Positions 24,495-34,600 of a stretch of DNA of 64,000 bases are shown piece by piece. The stretch comes from Zygnema circumcarinatum SAG 698-1b (Eukaryota; Plantae; Zygnematophyceae): contig CM074804.1 of NCBI GenBank assembly GCA_037447605.1, forward strand, positions 8,037,909-8,101,908, given 5' to 3'. The notes under the pieces were generated by a model, which saw only the letters and a program-made list of their open reading frames with translations, was not told the DNA's origin and ran no database searches. The first letter of the stretch is position 1. Each line of letters starts with the position of its first letter. The position numbers and the translations under genes were made by a program.

Positions 24495-24974
24495 AGGCGC
24501 AATGTACATATATATGTATGGCTAGTCGTGTGATGCTTAACGGGGAGTGATATTTTTTACGCTCATGGAGCACCTGATTATAGTCCTCGAATGACTGGGT
24601 ACTGAGTGGTGGGGCCAACATAAGTAGGCTGTGTGGGAGGAGTTTTATGTTCCAGTGCAAACATTTGTTTCAAGAGCTGTTGATTCTGTTTTCACGGCGG
24701 AGGGCGACCTTCCCTTCCCCACCCCCCTCCATCCCTCTCTCTCCCTCTCCCACCACCTGGACAATCACTCTCGATGCAATACTGTCAGAGAAGGTGATGA
24801 CAAGGTTACAAAGACAAGTGCTGGCGATTCAGCCAACCAACTCCTAATCATTTCTATCACCTCAGTGCAGTGATGATGCAAATAGACCAATGCGCATGCC
24901 AACAGGCCATGTAGATTGAAAAGCCCATGTTTCAAAAGATTCCGCCCGCACGTTGGTTCTCGACCGACCAACCA

Positions 24975-25135
24975 TACCAACGGTTTCAGTCATTGGCAAT
25001 GGCTGGCTTGGTAGCCAGCCAATGGTTGCGACCATTGGCAATAGTTGGGTGGGGCGGGAATCAATTGGTCCAATGGTTGCATTAATTGGCAACTTTTGGC
25101 TGTGTAGCCAGACCAATGGTTGCAACCGTTGGCAA
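24975..25135 (+). repeat. Palindromic CCAATGGTTGCAACCATTGG minisatellite, diverged copy
   Basis: Same 42/50-bp alternating units (…tagccagccaatggttgc…cattggcaat / …gggtggggcgggaatcaat…) as at 27330-27760 and 28640-28850, in the same orientation. Confidence 0.85.
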
Positions 25136-25444
25136 TCTACACGCAGGAGCAGCAGAAACATACCAACATAGTGCTGCAAAAAACAGGTATAGAGAGAGTC
25201 ATACAATCAAAAAGACCCTTTTTCATCCAAAAGGACAGCCTTTTAAGGCAACAAAATTACAACTGACAATTTCTGACACAGTTATTGTGCTACGTGGACT
25301 CAAGGACTGTGGACCACTACAGAGCGTGACAATTGTCACTTTGTGCTTCAATTCGAAACAAAAAAGCCAAGCATCATGCAAGAGATGCTTCTGTAGCGGG
25401 CCACACTTCTCTCCAACCAAAAAAGAAAATTGCCTTATTGCCTC

Positions 25445-26453
25445 CTACTCTATTTTTACAACCTGTCTAAATCAAGGACACAAAGGACATTTGAAGCCCT
25501 GGCCATCCTCTGATGGCAAAAACACTCCTCTGGGATCAGTCCACATCGGATGGAGAGGCTTCACTTGCAGCGATTTGTCCAAGCGGGCGAGTGACTCGCG
25601 CAGAAGAGCCGATTCACGCGCCAAGGCCGCATTGCTCGCCTCGATATCCCAACCGCTGTTCAGCCTTTCATGGATGGTAACCAAATCTTGGAGGTCGCTT
25701 CCCAGCTTCCGTTTCCAAGAAGAGGAGCTCTGCAAATTTCTTCCCACTCCCATTTTCCCTTCCCCGGGACCATTGCGGCGGCGGCTGTACTGCGGCTCAC
25801 TGAATGCATTTTGGCTTGCACTGAACACTGGCGAGGAGTCGCGGAACAGAGGGCGCCTCGCACTGAAGAGTGGCTCAGGCTCATCATAGAGCGGCGCCTT
25901 CAAGTTCGGGTAATCCAAGGACTTGGCATAATAATTCGAGTGGCGGACATTGGGATATGTCTTTACAATCTGAGGAGGCTGTATTGCAAGCAAGAGATCA
26001 GAAAACGCCAAATCAGTCAAAGGGATGCATACAAACCCTCAAAACTAGCCCATACAAAAGCAAGCAGCACCAACGCAAAAGGCACTTTCCGATGCTAACA
26101 ACCCTTAAAACAAAAAGCTTGAAATCTTTGAAAGGTGCAGCAAGTCATACCCGGCGAGGATTCGCTAACTCCTTTGCGAACTCCTCGTGCAACCAGTCCA
26201 CCGCGAAAAGGTAGGCCTTTCCGAGTTCCGTGGCGCCCACAAGCAGCCACGCCCAAGCGCTGTATCCAAGCACCGCCATGGCAGCCAGCGCATGCCAGGA
26301 GACGCTGCAAAAAACGAAATAAAGGTTTTCCAGGTGCGGGCGGGCGGCTGCAGCAGCCTTCAGCCCGCCGCCCAACGCCGCTCCGAGCAGCTGCATCACT
26401 TGAAGCCAGAGGACGCAGAAAGCTGCCGCCGTGGCAGCACCTGGCACAGCCAT
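25445..26453 (-). CDS. Unknown ~245-aa protein: two N-terminal hydrophobic segments, a Ser/Pro-rich linker and a C-terminal coiled coil; 3 exons
   Basis: Exon 1 MAVPGAATAAAFCVLWLQ...LAAMAVLGYSAWAWLLVGA...ELANPRR|GTATGA. Exon 2 after aatacAG: PPQIVKTY...IEASNAALARESALLRESLARLDKSLQ|GTGAAG. Exon 3 after tagacAG: VVKIE*. All junctions are phase 0 and in frame. A CT-rich leader lies upstream. No family recognised. Confidence 0.6.
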
Positions 26454-26539
26454 GGATGAGCAGGAGAGAGAGAGAGAGCGAGAGAGAGAGAGAGAGAGCG
26501 AGAGAAGAGAGGGAGGGTGAGTGAGCGAGAGAGAGAGAG

Positions 26540-28850
26540 AGAGCGGGTGGTCGGTGAGGGAGGGAGGGAGGGAGGGAGACATGACAGCCCGGGCCGCGGG
26601 CGAGGCCTTGGGGAGGGACCCGGGCAGACCAAACCTATTACAGGCTGCCCCATATGCGAGGCAAGCGTCCGCGATTGGGCGAGCGTCGGCTGGGCAGCTC
26701 AAGTTTGGCAGCGAGCTGCCCGGACGACAAAGGGGTGGCCCAAAATGGCTGGCCGCTCGCCTACCTCATCTCCCCTGTGGATCAGACAGTACGGACGGAC
26801 AGGTGGCGCCACCGCCGTGGGGGAATGCTGACGTACGGAGCGCGCGACGTGACGGGACGCGCCGTAGGGGGGCTGCCCCTGATCGGAATCAGGGCGACGG
26901 AGGACCAGAAAGAATTGCAGCTGCCCGGCCGCCGCTCGCCCAATCGCGGACGATTCATTCGCTGGGAAGGTAAAATAAACCATTTGAATGCTGCCCGGCG
27001 CCAAACTTGAGCTGCCCGGCCGACGCTCGCCCAATCGCGGACGTTTGCTTCGAGGACAGGGCAGCAGAAAACAGTTTATGGCTGCCAAGGACTAAACCTT
27101 CAGCTGCCCGGACGACGCACGCCCAATCGCGGACGTTTGCTTCACGGTTGGGGCAGCCAAAACCATTTCCGATCTGCCCGTGAACAGACTTCAGCTGCCC
27201 GGCCGACGCTCGCCCAATCGCGGACGTCCGCGAAGGGTAGCCGAAAACATTCCGGGCCAAGGGCTGGACGGACGACCATGGGCTGGATCAACCATTGGAA
27301 TGGTCGGGATTTGCAAACCGTTGGTTCCGGATCTAGCCAACCATTGGATCCAATGGTTGGGTGGGGCGGGAATAAATGGTCCAATGGTTGCAATCATTGG
27401 CAATGGTTGGCTGGACAGCTAGCCAATGGTTGAAACCATTGGCAATGGTTGGCTAGATAGCCAGCCAATGGTTGCAACCATTGGCAATGATTGGGTGGGG
27501 CGGGAATCAATGGTCCAACGGTTGCAGTTATTGCCAATGGTTGGCTTGATAGCCAGCCAATGGTTGCAACCATTGGCAATGGTTGGGTGGAGCGGGAATC
27601 AATAGTCCAATGGTTGAAGTTTCTTGCAATGGTTGGCTGGGAAGCTATCCAATGGTTACAGCCATTGGCAATGATTGGGTGGGGCGGGAATCAATGGTCC
27701 AATGGTTGCAGTTATTGGCAATGGGTTGCTGGGAAGTTAGCCAATGGTTACAACCATTGAGAGGGGGGAAAAGGAACAGAGAGCGAGAGAGCGAGAGAGA
27801 GCAGGTGGTCGGTGAGGAAGGGAGGGAGACATGACAGCCCGGGCCGCGGGGCGAGGCCTTGAGGGACCCGGGCAGCCCAAACCTATTACAGGCTGCCCTC
27901 TATGCGAGGCAAGCGTCCGCGATTGGGCGAGCGTCGGCCGGGCAGCTCAAGTTTGGCAGCGAGCTGCCCGGACGACAAAGGGGTGGCCCAAAATGGCCGG
28001 TCGCGCGCCTACCTCATCTCCCCTGTGGATAATACTGTACGGACGTAGAGGTGGCGCCACCGCCGTGGAGGAATGCTGCTGTACGGTGCGCGCGACGTGA
28101 CGGGACGCGTTGTACGTGGGCTGCACCTGATCGGAATCGCGGCGACGGAGGACCAGGAAGAATTTCAGCTGCCCGGCCGCCGCTCGCCCAATCGTGGACG
28201 GTTGATTCGCTGGGAGGGCAGAATAGAACATTTGAGTGCTGCCCGGCGCCAAACTTGAGCTGACTCGGCCGACGCTCGCCCAATCGCGGACGTTTGCTTC
28301 GAGGATGGGGCAGCAGAAAACAGTTTAGGGCTGCCCTGGACCAAACCTTCAGCTGCCCGGACGACGCACGCCCAATCGCGGACGTTTGGTTCACGGTTGG
28401 GGCAGCCAAAACCATTTCCGATCTGCCCGTGAACAGACTTCAGCTGCCCGGCCGACGCTCGCGGAATCGCGGACACTTGCCTGGCGTATAGGGCAGCCCG
28501 TAATAGTTTTGGGCTGCCCGGGGTCCTCACCAAGGCCTCGAACCGCCGCGAAGGGCAGCCGAAAACATTCCGGGCCAAGGGCTCTACGGACCATGGGTTT
28601 GGATCAAACATCGGAATGGTTGCGATTTGCAAACCGCTGGTTCCGATCTAGCCAACCAGTGGATACAATGGTTGGGTGTGGCGGGAATCAATGGTCCAAT
28701 GGTTGCAGTCATTGGCAATGGTTAACTTGGTAGCCGCCAATGGTTGCAACCATTGGCAATGGTTGAATGGGGCGGGAAGCAATGGTCCAATAGTTGTATT
28801 CATTGGCAATGGTTGGCTGGATAGCCAGCCAATGGTTGCAACCATTGAGA
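26540..28850. mobile_element. Tandem duplication of a ~1.25-kb composite repeat unit (putative non-autonomous element) flanked by GA-rich tracts
   Basis: Unit starts ggtggtcggtgagg...gacatgacagcccgggccgcgg (atgacagccc at 26581 and 27831, offset 1250). Both units end caaccattgagagggggaaaa (~27752, ~28839). Each holds the 92-bp repeat array and the CCAAT satellite. No coding capacity recognised. Confidence 0.6.
27852..28540. repeat. Fold-back module: ~95-100-bp inverted repeats enclosing a ~92-bp tandem array with a conserved 34-bp core
   Basis: 27852-27947 is the reverse complement (roughly 85% by eye) of 28442-28540. The core AGCTGCCCGGCCGACGCTCGCCCAATCGCGGACG starts at 28167, 28258, 28351 and 28442 (unit B) and at 26919, 27010, 27102 and 27193 (unit A), with one inverted copy at 27914-27947 and 26666-26699. 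Confidence 0.85.
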
Positions 28851-29158
28851 GGGGGAAAAAGGGAGCGAGGGAGAGAGGGAAAGGGGGAGAGGGAGAGTGA
28901 GGGAGGGGGTGAGAGAGTGAGGGAGAGAGAGATAGAGGGAGAAAGGGGGAAATGACATTGATAGAGGCATATTTCCATTTCACAGAATGTGCTGAGAACA
29001 GAGGTAGAGGCTTGCTGGTTGCTTTTGAAACCCCTGCTTGGAACCTTCTCTTTGATAAACAACAGTTTGGAAAAGCTGAGGCCAAGAAGATAAGAAGACG
29101 ATATTCAGCAGCTTCTGTACCGAGGGATGAGGAACTGCGATCCTAATGAGAGCTAGCA

Positions 29159-30228
29159 CTATCCGCCGGTCTGCTGAGGCCACGAAGAAGAGTCCCTGTC
29201 AGTTGAAGCATAGTAATGCGCTTCAAGCTCAGCCATGGCCACCGCCGCCTGCTCTCCGAGCTGCTCCAGGCTCCTCCCTACATCCTCCGTGTGTTCCTCG
29301 AACTTAGAGCTGCGCTCTGCAATGGCGGCGTTCAAAGAGGCGAAATCGGCAAAAACTGCGCTCTGCTTCAGTTCGGAGACTAGACGCAGAAGCGCCTCTC
29401 CTGCATTTACCTGCAGACAAAAGTATACATTTTCAAACGGGTGAGCCCTTAGATTAAAATCTGGGCCTGCGAGAGCGTTAAGATTAAAATGACGGCCGAC
29501 TTGGGCAGAGATTGAGACAATGCTTAGAATTAAAGGGATGGCTGGAGGTAGAAATTAAGTTTGAAAATGATTAGAATGATTAGGGGGTCAGTACGCTCGT
29601 AACGAAAAATTAGGGCACGCACCACTCTGGCAGCATGAACTTGGATTTGGAAAACTTCTTGAGCGTTCCTTACTGTGTCATTTACCTGTCATTTTCGGCA
29701 GCCCCCTCCAAAAAAAAAAAAAAAAAAAAAAATGAATGCCATCATCCGAACCTCGCTCTTGAGTGCCTTATTGACAAAAACCAAAACGTTCGCTGAGGGA
29801 GGAAAAGAACCTCTCGCATCAAAGACTAACCATTGCAAAGATCCATAACTTGCAGCCCTTCTCCTAAGAGCCCTAGAATCAGAACATTGCAGCTGCATCT
29901 CACTCCCAGTATCACCCAACCTCCGAATAACACAACTATCACAGCTCTACTTGTGGCTCATAAAAAACATCTTTTTCTTTCCTTCCGAAGGCTTCCGAAG
30001 AAAGCAAAGCTAGAGTTTGGCACGAAAGGATTAGCCTGCGAGTGCTGGTGCATTGCCTGCCTGCGCAGCCTTCATCATGTTCTTCACGTTGTCCACCATG
30101 GCGGCTATGTCCGCATCTGCTCTCTGCTGCATCGCTCTCTGCCTTTGAGCAGCGCCTGTCTGCGAGACGCCCATCCCCGCTACCACCGCCATGGCGCCGC
30201 CAGCTGGACCCGGCGCCTTGCTCATCAT
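29159..30228 (-). CDS. MED22: Mediator subunit 22 (Surfeit locus 5 family), 3 exons
   Basis: MMSKAPG...QRQRAMQQRADADIAAMVDNVKNMMKAAQ|VNDTVRNAQEVFQIQVHAARV|VNAGEALLRLVSELKQSAVFADFASLN...AMAELEAHYYAS...*. This matches the recalled plant MED22 motifs (LLKLVSELKQ; ELEAHYY). Intron 1 needs a GC donor. Confidence 0.9.
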
Positions 30229-31628
30229 CTCTTTTGCCTGCAACAGCCTCCCTATTGCTCTGCCTGCATCGCAGACACTCCTCTGCAGATCCCTCTCTCC
30301 CAAGCTATGCACATCACACGCTGCAAGATAACGATTTCACAACACTGACATATCTCTCATGTATTTTCGTTGAAGATTTGCAGGTGTTATCTTTTAGGGT
30401 TTTGTAATGATAGCTCTTCTGGAGCAATGCAAGTTTGCAAATTCGCGTTTGCTGATCAGCCCTCGCCCTTGCCCTGAGGACTCGAAAAAAAACCCTACCG
30501 CGTGTCCCTGTGCGTTTCCATGCTGAACTCGGTACTTACTCATTTCTGAGTTGAACGGTCTATCACAGTTCTGTGCTGCCGCCAGTTCGGCCGGAGGCTG
30601 CGCTCCCTCGATAACGAACTAGTGTTCAAAATGTGAACTTATTTCATAATCACAACAAAAACAAAGGGCACTGCACAACGTGAGCTGCTTTTGCTTCCCT
30701 TTTGTTGCTGTGTTTTATAATTTCTGTTTTTGGAGAGATTCCTTGCGAGGGGTCTTGCAAACCACCACTCTTACCAGGCTGTCTCGTCATAAGCATTTGA
30801 AAAAAAACAGCCCTCTTAGTTATGCAGAACTGCCTAGTGCTAAGATCCCCCTACACATCATGCCGCGAGCATCATTCCAACATTGAGAAAACACGTATAT
30901 GACCACTTTGCCGACTTAACAGGACCAAAAAGTAAACAGGTGCGCAGACATAACATAACAGAGAACCCATTCCAAAACTCGGTAAAACACTTGGCCCACC
31001 CCAGCCTGTCCATAATGGCCCCTCCTAAGACCAGGAACCACGAGCACCAGCCGCAGTCCACCTACACTCTGCTAAGCGCATGTATGTATGTATGTATGTA
31101 TGTGTGCGTGCATGTATGCATGCCCTGCAGCAGGCCCCCATCGTAAGTCTTCAGTGGCCTCGCAGGCACCAGCCTCTCCCTCACTCCTCCCCCCAGCCCT
31201 CCCCACTTCTTCTACACAGGTGGCCATTCTAACTCATAAACCATCGTTAAGCTGTCAAAACAAGTACTTCCCAAGTGCCTCGCTCTTTCATTCATATTGA
31301 TTTTTGACCCAAGTCGACCCGCTTCCACTGCAGGTCCAGCGCTTTCCAGGAATTCTCTCTTCACCCTCAAGCTACACCCCCACACTCTATGCCGCCTCCA
31401 AATAGGACTGCCAAAGTAGTGAAGCCAACATTCGTCCAAAAGGACCTTCCACTTCCAGCCAACCATTTCCTTAGGTAGGATAATAGTCTTACAGGGATGT
31501 CCATGCGTCCATTCAGATCATTCGGATTTGTCTCTCATGTCAGCCTCTCCCTTCCAAGGCCCATGAACGACCGCCCCGTGCATTCCAATGACAAAAAGCC
31601 CATCCCTTGTCTACGTATCATGGCTTTC

Positions 31629-34600
31629 TCATGTGGGCCGTGATTTGGGCCTCCATTTCCCATCACTTGATGCCCCACCAGTGCTGGCAGGGGCCGGCCT
31701 CTCCGGTTCACGGGGGGGTTCACCGCGAGCAGGTCCACCCCCCCACCTATCGTCCACACGCCTAGGTCCACTCGTCCACTCTCGGCTATCTCTGCCTGCA
31801 GTAGAACCACTCCAGCTTGGGCGATCAGCAGGGGGGCGGTCCGAGGGGCGATCAAAAGTAGGCCTCCTCGGGCCCTCATCCCTGGCAGAGAGAGGACCAT
31901 CTCCTCGTTGAATTGACGGTCGTTGCCACCTGTCATCAGCCCCTCTTGGAGTCTCCTCGCGTTGTGCCTCCATAGGCGTCCTCCTAAAAGGCATAGATTT
32001 GTCACTTGCCTCTCTACGAGCTGGAGGAACAAACTTGTTATTTCCAGCAGCAGCAGCAGCAGGTCGCTCCGGTTCCGATATCCTTTCTCTCGCAGATTCT
32101 CTCTCTCCCCCGCGATCTTCAGTGCTGCGAGTCCAGCGTTCGGGCTCCCTTGCAGGCTCATCTCCCCTCCTTACCGATGGTACAAAGCGGGACGACCTTT
32201 CAGCCTCTGCGCGAAGGGCCTCCGCCTTCTCTTTACGCAGCTTCTCTTCCGCTTCTTGTTCACGTTGACGCTGCTTGGCAGCGATCTCGTCCAGCTTTCG
32301 CAGTCTCTCCTCTTCCTCCTTGCGCTTGCGTTCCTCCTCTGCAGACGAGAAATAAGTAATAGAAATAAGCAAATAAACCCAGGGGCAGTGTTGACTAAAG
32401 CCTTCCGTGCACAGTATGAACGTACAGGAGGATAAAACAGATGGGAAAACCAAGATGAGGAGACAGAAGAGAACTGAAGTTTTACCAAACGAGGAGGCTG
32501 TATCAGACTTCTGATAACTAACACCAGAACAAAGCGGCCTGCCTTTAACTTTCACTGTGCCAATCACTTGTAAGGAGACACAGGACCCCGAGAGAGTTCT
32601 CTCAGCTATCCGATTGTAAATAAAGTCTTTATGAACCTGCGTATGCGTTCAAGCGTGCATCACTGTGAGAGAGGGGCAATGAAGTTACCCTCTCGCTTTC
32701 GCGCCCTCTCCTCTTCAATCTGCTTCCGTACACGTGCCTCTTCCATCCGTTTGTAATACTCCATCTTTCGAAGTTGCAACCTTTCTGTCCGCTTCATCTC
32801 TCGAATCTCTGCCAGCTTCTCCTCCCTCTCGCGTTTCAGCCGCTCAAACTCCCCACGACGTCTTGAGATGACCTGCTCTTGGAACTCCTCCTGATGCACA
32901 GTGACGCAGCGACCACAACTCAGCGGAGGCACATCCCTAAAACTATTGTCACATGAAACAGAGCATTTCTAAACAGTTCCCAAAACTAATCATTTCAAGA
33001 TTTCAAGTTGCATCGTTAACCGTTGGTCTGCAAGCATGGCATCAATGGGATAGGAGTAAACTGGTTGTAGAACCTCAGGACGTACAGATTCGTTTCTTGT
33101 GAACGCAATGAGAATCAAAGGTTGAAAGAACAAGCCATGTTTGTCACGAAGACATGGCCTTCACAAATAGTGGCGCACTAACCTTGTCTGCAAGCATGCG
33201 TGATAGGCGATGCTTCTCTTCAAGATCCAAAGCATGTTGCTGCTTGCTTTGTTCAAGCAAAATCTGCAAGAAAGAGACCACCGAAAATAAGGAAATAAGG
33301 CAAAGGTTTATCATATACAAACCCGCTATAGATTGAAGAACAGGCCTCCTCCCAGAGATGCTCTTCACGAGACGTAGTCTAGAAATTGAGGTGATTCCAC
33401 TACCATATATTTGCTCACTCTATAAAACATAAGCACTGTACTTACTTGTTGCTGTTGTTCGTGGTAAATACGGTCATCCACCAGCCTTTGTTGATACGCT
33501 GCATCAATCAGAGGCCTCTCCTCCTCTCGTTTGGCTCGCTCCAAATAGTCCATCTGTTTCGCGGTCTTTTGGAGCTTCCTCTCCATTTCCTGCTTTTCCT
33601 TGATTTGCTCCTCCAATGCAGCTTGCAGTAGAGACTGCTTGTCCAACTTGCCATCCTGTTTCATAAGAGGACATCCACTCCGCGACTCTGATGAGAGTCT
33701 TGAACCAAATGGTTATCAAATCTCATCGCTCTTTAACCCCTTCTCAGTTTGCTACTCTCCTTAATCCTCACCTCTCTCATCTCTGTTCCCCTTTCCACTC
33801 TGCTCCTTCCTCTCCCAAGTTCAGTAAACTGATAGCCAATCAGCACGACTCGCAACTCTTAAGGTACAGTAGAAAAGACATCGCCTGAACATCTGAACAA
33901 ACATGAAAATGACGAAGGCTGAAAGGTCAAAGAGAAGCAAGGTAAGTCTACAAGTGCTTGATTACCACTTCCACTTTCGGCTTCTTGCCCTTTTTGTTTG
34001 CCTCACGTTTCCGCTTCTCCTCCAGTAAAGCGAGTGCTTCTGCCAATTCTTTCTCTTCCAACTCCTTCCGGATGCGCTCCTCCAGGCGCCTTGCTTGCTC
34101 TGCTTGAAGCCTCTTAGCCTCAGCTTCCTCTGTGAGACGCTGCTGCTTCATCTTCTCAGTCTTCTCCTCTCGCTCCTGCATTACCATCAACCACAACGAA
34201 AAGAAATTGCCCAAAATAGCCCAATTCATAGCTAGCAGTGGTTACGTCTCTGAATGACCAAAATCAGTCTCTAACGTGATTTTTGTTTCTATTAGTGTGT
34301 ATGGTAGACACTGGCCAAGCTCAAGGTCTTAGAGAGGGTCTGACGTGGCATTGAGCTTCACTGTACGTGCAACTGCCAATGGAAGAATTTCCACACCTTC
34401 TCAATAATCTCTCGCTCCGCCTCCTCCTTACGCCGTTCAATAAGAATCTTCCGTGCCAGTAGTTTTTGGTGCTCTTTCTCCACTGCAATCTGCAGCTCCT
34501 TGAAAGGCATTCGATTCTTTGCTGCCTTAGGTACTGGCGTAGGTGGATGAATAAGGCTGACAGCCTTGTTCAGGCGACGAGTCATGACCACTAAGTGGTT

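Noticed and set aside
26919-27226. CRISPR-like array (34-bp repeats with ~57-bp spacers)
   Set aside because: The spacers are homologous to each other and are repeated in the duplicated unit. One repeat is inverted, there are no cas genes, and the context is eukaryotic. It is a degenerate tandem repeat.
26540-28850. Tandem RNA-gene array (5S rRNA, tRNA or snRNA)
   Set aside because: No match to the 5S consensus, no tRNA T-loop GTTCRANNC with cloverleaf, and no recognisable snRNA sequence. ORFs listed across the region are frame-open GC-rich repeat translations.
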